From: Sphingobacteriaceae bacterium UBA6709
Lineage (GTDB): Bacteria > Bacteroidota > Bacteroidia > Sphingobacteriales > Sphingobacteriaceae
Direction of reading: 5' to 3'
Assembly (NCBI GenBank): GCA_002454425.1
Contig: DKIV01000043.1
Location: 69,364-133,363, forward strand
DNA length: 64,000 bases
The translations under genes and the position numbers were made by a program. This document shows, piece by piece, positions 1 to 10,473 of the stretch (within the stretch, counting starts at the first letter, position 1; each line of letters begins with the position of its first letter). The notes below the pieces were generated by a model. That model had not been told where the DNA came from and did not search any database. It saw nothing but the letters and a program-made list of their open reading frames with translations.

Positions 1-337
1 ATTCTTCGGTAATCTGCTCTTTGTATTGTCGCAAGTCAATTAAAGCATAATAAACAAGGCTTATCACGCGCTCTTCCGGGTCGCGGGAAGGATCACTAAA
101 CGCGCGCAATTGCTCCATGTAGATGCCTTCCATGCCTGTAAGTTGTTTAAGAATTCTGGTAGCCGCCTGATCGGTATCTTCCCGGGGACCGGCGAAGCCG
201 CCCATGAGGCTCCATTTATTTTTCTCGGGAGCCATACCTCTTTTTATGATAAGGAGTTTGATGTTTTCGCCATCAAAGCCAAAAATAATACAATCAATGG
301 CGAGGAGCAATTTGGTTTGTTCTGAGTATCTGGTCAT
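1..337 (-). CDS. Nudix hydrolase domain protein, N-terminal part (gene runs off the left edge)
   Basis: Hand translation of the minus strand from the ATG (CAT at 335-337) gives MTRYSEQTKLLLAIDCIIFGFDGENIKLLIIKRGMAPEKNKWSLMGGFAGPREDTDQAATRILKQLTGMEG. This contains a Nudix-box-like GGFx5Ex7AxRxLxxxTG. It is absent from the ORF track because no stop lies in the window. It explains the antisense track ORF 110-325. Confidence 0.7.
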   Translation of the reverse strand, partial: MTRYSEQTKLLLAIDCIIFGFDGENIKLLIIKRGMAPEKNKWSLMGGFAGPREDTDQAATRILKQLTGMEGIYMEQLRAFSDPSRDPEERVISLVYYALIDLRQYKEQITEE

Positions 338-550
338 TTAATTAATTTACAGTGTTATACTGGCAAATACATGTTTTAATAACATAGCATTGGTAAAAAT
401 ATTTAAATTTCCATAAGTTGAAACATAGCGGAAATAAAAAACTTTCTTTTTCAGTGCCGGGTGTGTATGTTTTCGGTAAAAGAGCGGTAAAAGACACTCA
501 AATTGATTTCCCCTCATTGAATGCAGACTGTCTTTTGACTAAGCTTTTAT

Positions 551-558
551 TATCTTTG
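551..558 (+). promoter_or_regulatory. Bacteroidota -7 promoter box (TATCTTTG, consensus TAnnTTTG)
   Basis: Exact match to TAnnTTTG, 8 nt upstream of the ubiE ATG at 566. This implies a very short leader. Confidence 0.5.
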
Positions 559-565
559 CCAGACT

Positions 566-1294
566 ATGTCAGAACAGATTACTCCCTATAAGAACGAGCA
601 AGGCAAGAAGGAACAGGTTGCCGATATGTTCAATAATATATCAGGCACTTATGATTTTCTCAATCATTTCATGTCTTTGGGTATTGATATTATATGGAGA
701 AAAATGGCGATAGCTGAACTTAAAACTATTAAACCGAAGCAGCTTCTTGACGTAGCTACCGGAACCGGAGATTTTGCCATTGAGGCAATAAAAATGTTGA
801 ATCCGAAGAAGGTGACAGGCGTGGATATCTCGGCGGGAATGCTGGAGGTTGCTAAAAAGAAGATTAAAGAACGCGGATTGGAGTCGCGCTTTGATGTAAA
901 GTTAGGCGATTCAGAGGGGCTGGTATTTGATGATAATACCTTTGATGCCGTGACCGTCGCGTTCGGCGTGCGCAACTTTGAAAACCTTGAGAAAGGTATC
1001 GCTGATATGTTTCGCGTACTGAAGCCGGGTGGCAAGGTGGTTATTCTGGAGTTCTCGAAGCCGCGGGTTTTTCCGGTGAAGCAGCTGTATAATTTTTATT
1101 TCAATTCAGTTACCCCGACTATCGGAAAATTGTTTTCCAAGGATAGTAGCGCCTACACTTATTTACCAGAGTCCGTGGCTGCCTTTCCCGATGGAGATCG
1201 ATTTACCAGCCTCATGGAGAAAGTAGGCTATAAATCCGCCCGTTTTCGTTCCTTAACTTTCGGGATCTGTACAATTTATACCGGCATGAAATGA
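566..1294 (+). CDS. ubiE: Demethylmenaquinone/ubiquinone methyltransferase (UbiE/MenG)
   Basis: 242 aa. N-terminal VADMFNNISGTYDFLNHFMSLGIDIIWRK and the SAM motif LLDVATGTGDFA are typical of UbiE. Confidence 0.9.
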   Translation: MSEQITPYKNEQGKKEQVADMFNNISGTYDFLNHFMSLGIDIIWRKMAIAELKTIKPKQLLDVATGTGDFAIEAIKMLNPKKVTGVDISAGMLEVAKKKIKERGLESRFDVKLGDSEGLVFDDNTFDAVTVAFGVRNFENLEKGIADMFRVLKPGGKVVILEFSKPRVFPVKQLYNFYFNSVTPTIGKLFSKDSSAYTYLPESVAAFPDGDRFTSLMEKVGYKSARFRSLTFGICTIYTGMK

Positions 1295-1995
1295 TAAAAC
1301 GTTTTGGAGTTTTTCTTTTTACGATGATGTTAAGCCGCCTGGTTATGGCACAGGAGGCTTGGGGCGGCGGCGTAGATGAGGAAATTCTCCATTTCGGATT
1401 TACCGTGCAGAACGTAAACACTGACCTCATTGTTCAGAAATCGATAATGTGGAATGAGGTGCCAGCGACAGGAGAGGCCTTGCGCAGCATAAGTTCGACG
1501 TACAGACCGGGAATTGGTCTGGGGGGGCTGGCCAACCTTAAGCTAAATAATCATTTCGACGTTCGATTTACGCCTACACTACAGTTTATAGATCGTCAGG
1601 TATTTTTCGAATATCAGAATACCGTAGTAACAAAGAAGATTGATGGCGCAAATCTTGATTTTCCCCTGAGTTTAAAGATCAAGTCTAATAGACGTAAGAA
1701 CTTTCGTGCTTATGCCATTGCTGGTCCCAAATATAGCATGAGCCTTATCTCCGAAAAGAAGCTTAACGATGAGAATCTTTCCGATGACGAAAAGTTGTTG
1801 AAGATAAAAAAAGGCTTTCTGTCATACGAGGCGGGGATAGGTTTTGATCTGTATTTTGAGAACTTTAAGATCTCTCCCGAAGTGAAGTTCTCTCAGTCTG
1901 TCGATGATGTATTGCGGCGCGACAGTAACAGATACAGGAATGCTATCGACAAGTTATTTTTACGCAGCATCCAGCTGAGTATCTATCTGGAGTAA
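1291..1995 (+). CDS. porT: PorT-family outer-membrane beta-barrel protein (T9SS-associated)
   Basis: 234 aa with a signal peptide and alternating beta-strand pattern. ATGA overlap with ubiE, which is the usual Bacteroidota ubiE-porT arrangement. Confidence 0.65.
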   Translation: MIKRFGVFLFTMMLSRLVMAQEAWGGGVDEEILHFGFTVQNVNTDLIVQKSIMWNEVPATGEALRSISSTYRPGIGLGGLANLKLNNHFDVRFTPTLQFIDRQVFFEYQNTVVTKKIDGANLDFPLSLKIKSNRRKNFRAYAIAGPKYSMSLISEKKLNDENLSDDEKLLKIKKGFLSYEAGIGFDLYFENFKISPEVKFSQSVDDVLRRDSNRYRNAIDKLFLRSIQLSIYLE

Positions 1996-2275
1996 TATCT
2001 GTCTTTTTAATTTGTGTCTTCAATGCTTTATCAGTCAGTGATATAGCGTTTTTTCTCTTTGAATGTAAAGGAATGCATTTTTTTTATTGAGAATTTAAGT
2101 CAAGTAATTTATTAATTTCGCCATAAAAATTGTGTGCCCTCATAGAGCAGCATGATGATCGGGAGCTTTTTATGCTTTCGATTCTGATAGCTTCAGGCGG
2201 TATGCGGTGGGGGGAAAGCGTCGTTATCTGAAGGTGAACGCTACTTTAACCCCGATGATTACTAAAATTAAGAAC

Positions 2276-3037
2276 ATGTCAAAAATTGCTCTGATAACGG
2301 GTGCTACCTCGGGAATAGGAGCTGCATCAGCGGAATTGTTTGCTGCCCAGGGGTACAATATTATAATTACCGGTAGACGCGGTGAGCGTTTGAACGACCT
2401 ATCTACACGCCTTCAATCATCACACGGTATTCAGGTAAAGGCTCTTTGCTTAGATGTTAGGGACAGGCAGGCTGTACAAACGACTTTATCAGCCTTACCG
2501 GAAGAATGGAAGCTGGTTGATGTATTGATTAATAATGCTGGTTTAAGTGCCGGTTTGGAGCCGTTGCAAGATGGTAACATTGACGATTGGGAGGTGATGA
2601 TAGACACAAACATCAAGGGGCTGTTATATGTTACCAAGGAGGTGTCGAATTGGATGATTGCCAGACGGTCGGGACATATTATTAACCTTGGGTCCATTGC
2701 GGCGAAAGAAACCTATAAGAATGGAAACGTCTATTGCGCTACCAAGCATGCGGTAGATTCCTTAAATCAGGCGATGCGTATAGATATGCTTCCTTATGGT
2801 ATCCGGGTGTCTGCGATACATCCGGGGGCGGTAGAGACAGAATTCTCGCAGGTACGCTTTAAAGGCGATACTGATAAGGCTGCACAGGTATATCAGGGCT
2901 ACGAGCCATTGCGGGCGGAGGATATTGCTGATGCCATTTGGTTTTTAGCTTCTCGTCCGGATCATGTAAATATTAACGATTTGGTCATTATGCCTAAGGC
3001 TCAGGCAAGCACCAGTTACTGGCATAAGGATATTTAA
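2276..3037 (+). CDS. Short-chain dehydrogenase/reductase (YdfG-like, NADP-dependent)
   Basis: TGATSGIG cofactor motif, NNAG, and catalytic YCATKHA (YxxxK). Start moved to ATG 2276 (MSKIALITGA). The track ORF starts earlier, at a GTG at 2207. Confidence 0.85.
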   Translation: MSKIALITGATSGIGAASAELFAAQGYNIIITGRRGERLNDLSTRLQSSHGIQVKALCLDVRDRQAVQTTLSALPEEWKLVDVLINNAGLSAGLEPLQDGNIDDWEVMIDTNIKGLLYVTKEVSNWMIARRSGHIINLGSIAAKETYKNGNVYCATKHAVDSLNQAMRIDMLPYGIRVSAIHPGAVETEFSQVRFKGDTDKAAQVYQGYEPLRAEDIADAIWFLASRPDHVNINDLVIMPKAQASTSYWHKDI

Positions 3038-3047
3038 AACTAACAGC

Positions 3048-3494
3048 ATGTTACAACAACAGATAGATCAGGAAATAAAGGCAGCGATGCTTGCCAAGAA
3101 CGAAGCGAGACTTCGCGGTTTACGCGCCATTAAAGCCGCGATATTGCTTGCGAAAACAGAAAAATCGGCGTCCGAAGATTTAACAGAGGATACGGAAATA
3201 AAAATTCTTCAGAAGCTCGCTAAGCAGCGCAAGGAGTCTGCGGATATTTACAAGGAGCAAAATCGTGACGATCTATATAATGTAGAGATCGAGGAGCTTC
3301 AGGTTATCGAAGCCTTTCTCCCGAAACAGTTGGAGCGCGCGGAAGTAGAGTCTTTGATTAAGGATATCATCAGCACCAGCGGCGCTTCTTCTATAAAAGA
3401 TATGGGTAAAGTCATGGGACTTGCCAATAAGGAGCTTGCCGGCAAGGCTGACGGAAAAACAATTTCTGAAGTCGTTAAGGCGCTGTTGTCGTAG
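3048..3494 (+). CDS. GatB/YqeY domain protein
   Basis: 148 aa. IKAAMLAKNEARLRGLRAIKAAI matches the YqeY family pattern. Confidence 0.8.
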   Translation: MLQQQIDQEIKAAMLAKNEARLRGLRAIKAAILLAKTEKSASEDLTEDTEIKILQKLAKQRKESADIYKEQNRDDLYNVEIEELQVIEAFLPKQLERAEVESLIKDIISTSGASSIKDMGKVMGLANKELAGKADGKTISEVVKALLS

Positions 3495-3580
3495 GTACGC
3501 TTATCACTCCCGGTTAAGGGAGTGCTTGTACTTTCATTTTTACTTTTTAAATTGCTTACTAAACTTCAGGTTTAGATCAT

Positions 3581-4345
3581 ATGAGTTATAATATCATAAA
3601 AGAAGACGGGTTCAATTATATTGAGGAGGGTGAGGGAGATGTCCTTCTTCTGCTTCATGGCCTTTTTGGAGCCCTTAGTAATTGGGAGCCTGTGATCGAT
3701 GCTTTCAAAAAAGATTATAAGGTGGTTATTCCATTGTTGCCGATCTACGAATTACCCCTGTTAACCACAGGCGTTACCACGTTGGCAAAATATCTACTGA
3801 AGTTCGTTAAGTTTAAACAGCTCAAGAATATTAACCTTATAGGTAATTCCTTAGGCGGGCACGTAGGATTGATATTTACGTTGAGTAATCCTGAATACGT
3901 CAAAGCCCTGGTGCTTACAGGAAGCTCTGGCCTCTATGAGAATTCATTTGGAGGATCCTTCCCGCGCAGGGAGAGTTACGATTTCATTAAGGAGAAAGTC
4001 GCTTATACGTTTTATGATCCAGCCTTTGCTACAAAGGAACTCGTAGATGAAGTTTTCGGCATCGTTAATGACAGAAACCGGGTGCTGCGCATTCTGGCGA
4101 TGGCAAAATCAGCTATTCGTCATAATATGGCAAAGGAGCTTCATAAGATTACAATTCCTGTAAGTTTGATATGGGGAAAAGACGATAAGGTTACTCCGCC
4201 GGATGTGGCCGAGGAATTTCACCAGCTTTTACCAAATTCAGAACTCAACTGGGTTGACAAGTGCGGTCATGCTCCGATGATGGAACATCCGCAGGAGTTT
4301 AATGAGTATCTGAAGCGTTTTCTTGACAGGGTTTTATTGAAATAA
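3581..4345 (+). CDS. Alpha/beta-fold hydrolase
   Basis: HG oxyanion motif (LLLHGLFG), nucleophile elbow GNSLGG, C-terminal CGHAPMMEHP. Confidence 0.8.
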   Translation: MSYNIIKEDGFNYIEEGEGDVLLLLHGLFGALSNWEPVIDAFKKDYKVVIPLLPIYELPLLTTGVTTLAKYLLKFVKFKQLKNINLIGNSLGGHVGLIFTLSNPEYVKALVLTGSSGLYENSFGGSFPRRESYDFIKEKVAYTFYDPAFATKELVDEVFGIVNDRNRVLRILAMAKSAIRHNMAKELHKITIPVSLIWGKDDKVTPPDVAEEFHQLLPNSELNWVDKCGHAPMMEHPQEFNEYLKRFLDRVLLK

Positions 4346-4354
4346 ATTTATTCT

Positions 4355-5017
4355 ATGATTGCCAGGGAGCTCATATCTGATACGATTCCCCCTCTGTTAC
4401 TTACTGACACTATTCAGAAAGTATTGGAACGTATGGCTGAGTTCCGTGTAAGCAGTCTTCCTCTTGTTGATGGTGACGCGTTTGTGGGACTCATCTCCGA
4501 TGATGATCTTTATGAGTTTCCCGATTATTCTAAGTCATTAAATCAGATAGATGTTGTTTTGCGGCCCCTGTATACCTCCGTGGGGCAGCATCTTTACGAG
4601 GTTTTGCGCTTATTTAACGAAAACCGTCTTTCTGTATTACCGGTACTCGACGAAGAGAACCGGTATGTGGGCCTTATTTCGCAGAGTTCGGTGGTCGAAA
4701 GCCTCGCCTCGGTAACGGCTATGAAAGAACCGGGCGCGATCATTGTACTTGAGATGACGAGCAGTAATAACTCATTATCGCACATCGCGCAGATTGTTGA
4801 ATCGTCGAATGCACATATCCTGAGTTCCTACATTACCTCTTTCCCTGATTCTACGCGTACCGAGGTTACCATAAAAGTTAACAGAATTGATATCGCCGCC
4901 ATGCTATCTACCTTCCTGCGATATAATTATAATGTTATTGAAGTGTACAACGAAGCCCGCGAGGGTACAGCATCCTCGGATAGGTATGACTCTTTGATGA
5001 ATTACCTCAGCTTCTAA
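4355..5017 (+). CDS. CBS-domain protein
   Basis: 220 aa with two CBS-like repeats (SSLPLVDGDAFVGLISDDDL and LSVLPVLDEENRYVGLISQSSV). Confidence 0.7.
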   Translation: MIARELISDTIPPLLLTDTIQKVLERMAEFRVSSLPLVDGDAFVGLISDDDLYEFPDYSKSLNQIDVVLRPLYTSVGQHLYEVLRLFNENRLSVLPVLDEENRYVGLISQSSVVESLASVTAMKEPGAIIVLEMTSSNNSLSHIAQIVESSNAHILSSYITSFPDSTRTEVTIKVNRIDIAAMLSTFLRYNYNVIEVYNEAREGTASSDRYDSLMNYLSF

Positions 5018-5027
5018 TATACAACTA

Positions 5028-5909
5028 ATGAAAATTGCAATTTACGGACGCGTGTTTGCTGAGAATACCTCTTCCTATGTTCAGGAGGTTTTTGACTGCC
5101 TTGCCGATTTCGATGTTGAGCTTTTTGTGTTCGAAAAACTTCACGAGAGCCTTATTGGCTCTGTTTCCTACAAATGTGATGTTTCCTTGTTTTCAGAGAG
5201 TACAGATCTGCGTGGTCTGGCTGATGTTATGCTAAGTCTTGGTGGCGATGGTACCATGCTTGATACGGTGGCCCTGATCAAAGATTCGGGCATTCCGGTT
5301 ATCGGCATTAACTTTGGACGACTTGGCTTTCTGGCAAGTATTAATAAAGATAAGATACGTACCGCTATAAGTAGTCTGACCAAGGGTGACTACACAATCG
5401 ACAGTCGCGAGCTGATACAGGTTGATACCAGCGAAGATATTTTCAGCGGTCTGAATTTCGCCCTTAACGACTTTACCATACATCGTCGGGATCATTCAGC
5501 CATGATGACCATCCACGCGTATCTCAACGATGAATTTCTGAATTCTTATTGGGCGGACGGTATCGTCGTGGCTACGCCTACAGGCTCTACCGCGTATTCC
5601 TTAAGCTGTGGCGGCCCAATTGTTATGCCGAGGTCCGAGAACTTTGTTATCACACCCGTGGCGCCTCATAATCTGAATGTGCGGCCCGTGGTTATTTCCG
5701 ATACCAATACACTGACGCTGGAAATTGCCGGTCGTAGTTCGAGCTGCATGATTTCTCTGGATTCTCGTACCTATGTTATCGAGAAATCTCTTAAGTTTAC
5801 GCTAACTAAGGCGGACTTTCATTTTAATCTTGTTCGGTTAAATAATGAAAGCTACCTGTCGACGCTCAGGAATAAGATGTTGTGGGGGATTGATGCCCGA
5901 AACTATTAG
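5028..5909 (+). CDS. nadK: NAD kinase
   Basis: GGDGTML and ATPTGSTAYSLSCGGPI motifs. Confidence 0.9.
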   Translation: MKIAIYGRVFAENTSSYVQEVFDCLADFDVELFVFEKLHESLIGSVSYKCDVSLFSESTDLRGLADVMLSLGGDGTMLDTVALIKDSGIPVIGINFGRLGFLASINKDKIRTAISSLTKGDYTIDSRELIQVDTSEDIFSGLNFALNDFTIHRRDHSAMMTIHAYLNDEFLNSYWADGIVVATPTGSTAYSLSCGGPIVMPRSENFVITPVAPHNLNVRPVVISDTNTLTLEIAGRSSSCMISLDSRTYVIEKSLKFTLTKADFHFNLVRLNNESYLSTLRNKMLWGIDARNY

Positions 5910-5988
5910 CCGTTGCTTGACGACGCTGACACGCTTTTGGGAAGGTTCGGTGCTGCCGCTTCATTAGCCCTGTATAAATAGATCATTT

Positions 5989-6786
5989 ATGAAGAATTTA
6001 TTTCAGGCTCTCGTTATCTTCTACTTGTTTTTATTTCCCGCGATGCTCAAAGCTCAAAGTTGGGAAGTAGGATTAAAAGGCGGGGTGAGCGGATATTTCG
6101 GGGATATTAATCCTGTTCAGATCTATAGACCACGGGATCTTGGAGGAGCCGTCTTCATAAAAACGAACATAGACCCGTACTGGTCGTTTGGCTTGAGCTA
6201 TTACCGGGCGCAGGTAAGTGGGAATGATAATTATTCTAGAAATGCCGCCCAGCGGCGGCGCAATCTCAACTTTTATTCTACGGTGTCGGAATGGAGCCTT
6301 TTTTCCGAATTTAACTTTCTGAATTACGTACCCTCAATGACAAGAACGCGTCTCACTCCATATATCTTTGCGGGGGTAGGTGTAGCCTTCTTTGATCCCA
6401 AGACCACATATCAGGATGAGACCTATCGCTTGCGTTCGCTTATGACAGAGGGACAGGATGAACCCTACAAGAAATACGCTCTGACAATTCCTTACGGCGC
6501 CGGTTTAAAATATAATATTTCGGGAAAATGGACACTGGGAGGTGAGGCAGGGTATCGAACGATTTTTACCGATTATCTGGATGATGTGTCGGGGAGGTAT
6601 CCCAATACTACGGGATGGGATCCCACAAGGGCCAACCTATCCGACAGAAGTGGCACGACGGCAGCGACAAAACATTACCGACCTGGCGACCAGCGCGGAG
6701 ATTTTCGACCACGTGACAATTACTTCTTCGTCGGTTTTACCATCAGTTACACCTTTTTGGCTTATAAATGCCCGAAAGTGTTCTAA
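5989..6786 (+). CDS. Outer-membrane beta-barrel protein (DUF6089-like)
   Basis: Signal peptide ending KAQS, Gly/Tyr-rich strand pattern, conserved position upstream of uppS in Bacteroidota. Confidence 0.55.
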   Translation: MKNLFQALVIFYLFLFPAMLKAQSWEVGLKGGVSGYFGDINPVQIYRPRDLGGAVFIKTNIDPYWSFGLSYYRAQVSGNDNYSRNAAQRRRNLNFYSTVSEWSLFSEFNFLNYVPSMTRTRLTPYIFAGVGVAFFDPKTTYQDETYRLRSLMTEGQDEPYKKYALTIPYGAGLKYNISGKWTLGGEAGYRTIFTDYLDDVSGRYPNTTGWDPTRANLSDRSGTTAATKHYRPGDQRGDFRPRDNYFFVGFTISYTFLAYKCPKVF

Positions 6787-6889
6787 TATCTTTGGTGTTC
6801 TAATTAAAGGCATTGTTAAATTCAATTGTCTGCTCCTTTTTTTTTTATATTTTTGACCCCCAAACGCCCGAAAAGGGCTAAACATAGCA

Positions 6890-7627
6890 ATGAGTCTACT
6901 CGATCAAATTGATAAAAACAAGTTGCCTGAACACATTGCCATCATTATGGATGGCAACGGACGCTGGGCGAAGGAAAAGGGAAAGTTACGTTTCTTTGGC
7001 CATCAGGGCGGCGTAGTTGCTGTAAGAGATGTGGTAGAGGGAGCTGTTGAAGCGGGAGTGAAGTACATTACACTGTACACCTTCTCGACGGAAAACTGGA
7101 ACCGTCCGAAACTGGAAGTAACAGCACTCATGGAACTTTTGGTAGCTACCATTAATAAAGAGACCAAAACACTTATGGAAAATGGTGTACGTCTTAACGC
7201 CATAGGGAATATTAACCAGCTTCCCTCTCGTTGTATAAAGCAATTAAATCAGGCAATTTCCGAAACATCCTCAAATACAAAATGCACCCTTACGCTGGCG
7301 CTTAGCTATAGCTCGCGCTGGGAAATAGTAGAGGCAACACGAAAGATCGCTGAGAAATGCCTTAACGGTGAGATTAATCCAAGCGATATAGACGACAAGC
7401 TGTTCGCGATGTCGCTCTCTACGGCGGGAATTCCCGATCCGGAGCTTCTCATTCGTACCAGTGGCGAACACCGCATAAGCAATTATCTGCTTTGGCAAAT
7501 AGCCTATGCAGAGTTGTATTTTACCGATAAACTTTGGCCCGACTTCCGCAGGGAGGATCTCTACGAAGCCATACTTGCATATCAAAAACGGGAACGTAGA
7601 TTCGGATTAACCAGCGAGCAGATTTAA
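6890..7627 (+). CDS. uppS: Isoprenyl transferase (undecaprenyl diphosphate synthase)
   Basis: HIAIIMDGNGRWA and LLIRTSGEHRISNYLLWQIAYAELYF motifs. Confidence 0.92.
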   Translation: MSLLDQIDKNKLPEHIAIIMDGNGRWAKEKGKLRFFGHQGGVVAVRDVVEGAVEAGVKYITLYTFSTENWNRPKLEVTALMELLVATINKETKTLMENGVRLNAIGNINQLPSRCIKQLNQAISETSSNTKCTLTLALSYSSRWEIVEATRKIAEKCLNGEINPSDIDDKLFAMSLSTAGIPDPELLIRTSGEHRISNYLLWQIAYAELYFTDKLWPDFRREDLYEAILAYQKRERRFGLTSEQI

Positions 7628-7687
7628 AATATCATTTAACAAAAATTAACAACTCAGAGCGTTATTTTAGCAACGTCAAAAAAATAA

Positions 7688-10249
7688 ATGAACAGAATTT
7701 CTTTAATAGTCGTTTTAGGCCTCTTCTTCAGTTCTGCTGCCATGGCTCAGATTGGGCGTTCGGGCGCGCAGGTACGCTCTTCGGCATCCGGTGATGATAT
7801 CAATTATATTAATCCCAAAGAGTACGTCGTAGGGGGAGTATCTGTGAGCGGAGTGAAGTTCCTTGAAAAGGACATCCTTATTCAGATTTCCAAGTTTGTA
7901 AAAGGCGAACGTATTACTGTGCCAGGTGATGCTACAGCAAATGCGGTGAAGTTTTTATGGCAGCAGGGATTGTTTGATGATGTGCAGCTTACCGGTCAGA
8001 TTAAATCCGACACCATCTATTTCAATATCGCTGTTGTTGAACGCCCCCGCCTTACCCGCATGGAGTTTACAGGATTGAAAAAGAGTGAACGCGATGATAT
8101 CAAGGAAAAACTTAAAGATAAAGGTGGCAAGATTGTTAATGACGCTCTGAAAAGTACTACTACCGCTATTATACAGAAGTTCTTCCGCGATAAGGGATTC
8201 CTTTTTGCTGAAGTAAACTATCGTTCTATTAAAGATACCACCGAGGCGAATAATGTTATTCTACAGGTGAATGTCGATAAGAAAAGCAAGACCAAGGTGC
8301 AGCGTATAACGTTTGAGGGACAACAGAACTTTAAACAAAAGCAGCTTCGTAAGTTTCTGAAAAAAACCAAGCAACGCAATCCTATTAATATATTCCGTTC
8401 CGGCAAGTTTATTCAGGATAAGTATGATGAAGATAAACGTACGCTTATTGCCAAGATACAGGAGAAAGGTTATCGTGACGCTGAGTTACTGAGCGATACC
8501 GTGATAAAGCGTAACGATGGACGTGTGGATGTGCATATGAAAATTTATGAAGGTCCTAAGTATTATTTCGGAAATGTTACCTGGGCTGGAAATGCTGTTT
8601 ATACTACTAAAGCATTACAGGAGCTGTTAGCAGTTAACAAAGGCGACGTATTCAGCGAAGAGAAGTTGGAAAAGCGTCTTCGTGGTAATCCGAATGGAGA
8701 GGATGTTTCCTCGCTATATCTGAATAACGGATATTTAACTTTCAATGTTGATCCAGTGCAAACCCGTGTTTACGGAGATACTATTGATGTGGAGCTTCGC
8801 GTAACGGAAGGTCCTCAGTACACTGTTAACAGGGTATCTGTTAAGGGAAATGATATTACCAACGACCGCGTAGTCCGCCGTGAAATTCGTACAAAGCCTG
8901 GTCAGAAATTTTCTAAAGAGCTGATCGTTCGTACTACACGAGAAATCGCCCAGCTAGGGAACTTTGACGAAACGAAGACCGATGTTAAGCCAATTCCTAA
9001 TCCCGCAGACGGAACAGTAGATCTTGAATATACTGTAGCTGAGAAGCCATCTGACCAGATCGAGCTTTCCGGAGGTTTCGGGGGGGGCCGTATTATCGGT
9101 ACGCTGGGATTGACGTTCAATAACTTCTCCGCCCGTAACCTGTTTAACTTTAAAGAGTGGAAGCCCCTGCCAAAGGGTGATGGGCAAAAGCTGAGCATCC
9201 GTGGTCAAACGAATGGTAAGTCATATCAGTCGTATAGCTTCTCATTCTCCGAGCCTTGGTTAGGTGGTAAAAAACCGGTGTATTTTGGTGTTAGTGCCTT
9301 TACATCCTTAAGCTCAAATGCTGACTTTGCACGTTACTATAACTATACTGATGATCAGCGCTACAGAATTCGTCTTAATGGTATCACCTTTACTCTGGGT
9401 AACAGACTTAAGTGGCCGGATGACTATTTTCAGTTGAATCACTCGTTGAATTTCCAGCAATATAAGCTGACAAATTATCCGGGATTCCTTTTCAAAACAG
9501 GTACTTCGTATAACTTTAACATTACAGAGGAGCTGAGTCGTAATTCAGTGGACGCTCCGATTTATCCTACGTCCGGTTCAAATATTAAGCTTACTGTTCA
9601 GCTTACACCTCCGTATTCATTGCTGAACGGCATGAACTACAATACGGCTTCTGAGCAGGATCGCTACCGCTTCACCGAGTATCATAAATGGAAATTTGAG
9701 GCGCAATGGTACCAGAAGATTGTTGGTAAGCTTGTCTTGAAAACCCAGGCTCAGTTTGGTTTCCTTGGGCAATACAGTAATAAAACAGGTCAGTCAGCTT
9801 TCGAGCGCTTCAAACTGGGTGGTGACGGAATGCAAGGTTTCGACTTCCTACAGGGATCAGAAGTAATATCTATGCGTGGATATGAAAATAATAACGTGAC
9901 TCCGCTTGGACATGATCCTCGTATAGCTCGTTATTCAGGCGCTCCTATCTTTAATAAATACATTGTTGAAGTAAGATATCCTTTGATGACAAGTCAGCAA
10001 GCTACCGTGTTTATGTTGACCTTTGCTGAGGGAGGAAATACATGGAACAATTTCAAGGACTTTAATCCATTCAATGTTCGTCGTTCCGCAGGTGTTGGTG
10101 CGAGAATCTTCCTTCCGATCTTCGGATTGCTAGGTATCGATTGGGGATATGGTTTCGACAAGGTATACGACGTAACGGACAACAGATTGAGAAAATCAGG
10201 AGGACGCTTCCAATTCAGTATCGCACAGCAATTGGGAGGTGGATTCTAA
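7688..10249 (+). CDS. bamA: Outer membrane protein assembly factor BamA
   Basis: 853 aa with a signal peptide, repeated POTRA-like segments and a C-terminal barrel. Sits in uppS-bamA-skp synteny. Confidence 0.9.
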   Translation: MNRISLIVVLGLFFSSAAMAQIGRSGAQVRSSASGDDINYINPKEYVVGGVSVSGVKFLEKDILIQISKFVKGERITVPGDATANAVKFLWQQGLFDDVQLTGQIKSDTIYFNIAVVERPRLTRMEFTGLKKSERDDIKEKLKDKGGKIVNDALKSTTTAIIQKFFRDKGFLFAEVNYRSIKDTTEANNVILQVNVDKKSKTKVQRITFEGQQNFKQKQLRKFLKKTKQRNPINIFRSGKFIQDKYDEDKRTLIAKIQEKGYRDAELLSDTVIKRNDGRVDVHMKIYEGPKYYFGNVTWAGNAVYTTKALQELLAVNKGDVFSEEKLEKRLRGNPNGEDVSSLYLNNGYLTFNVDPVQTRVYGDTIDVELRVTEGPQYTVNRVSVKGNDITNDRVVRREIRTKPGQKFSKELIVRTTREIAQLGNFDETKTDVKPIPNPADGTVDLEYTVAEKPSDQIELSGGFGGGRIIGTLGLTFNNFSARNLFNFKEWKPLPKGDGQKLSIRGQTNGKSYQSYSFSFSEPWLGGKKPVYFGVSAFTSLSSNADFARYYNYTDDQRYRIRLNGITFTLGNRLKWPDDYFQLNHSLNFQQYKLTNYPGFLFKTGTSYNFNITEELSRNSVDAPIYPTSGSNIKLTVQLTPPYSLLNGMNYNTASEQDRYRFTEYHKWKFEAQWYQKIVGKLVLKTQAQFGFLGQYSNKTGQSAFERFKLGGDGMQGFDFLQGSEVISMRGYENNNVTPLGHDPRIARYSGAPIFNKYIVEVRYPLMTSQQATVFMLTFAEGGNTWNNFKDFNPFNVRRSAGVGARIFLPIFGLLGIDWGYGFDKVYDVTDNRLRKSGGRFQFSIAQQLGGGF

Positions 10250-10276
10250 AAAAATTAAACAACACATTTAACTTTT

Positions 10277-10320
10277 AACTGCATTATTAGTCTTTATATT
10301 AAAGAATCGATAATGCAGTT
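10277..10320 (+). terminator. Hairpin downstream of bamA (11-bp stem AACTGCATTAT/ATAATGCAGTT, 22-nt loop)
   Basis: Perfect inverted repeat at 10277-10287 and 10310-10320. The loop is large and the T tract weak, so it may be only a partial terminator or a processing site. Confidence 0.4.
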
Positions 10321-10473
10321 TATATTTATGGGCAATAGCAAGTGATATAATTTTCTGTGTTTAGATACGTTTAACTATACTCACACTATTTTCGCTTACG
10401 TTTTTCTTCGTCATAGTAGATGATCTATTTGTTGAAGGATTCGTATCGGGAGAAAACTTAGAAATGAACAATT

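Noticed and set aside
110-325. 71-aa plus-strand ORF at the left edge.
   Set aside because: It is antisense to a convincing Nudix-domain reading frame (minus strand, 1-337) that the track omits because it has no in-window stop.
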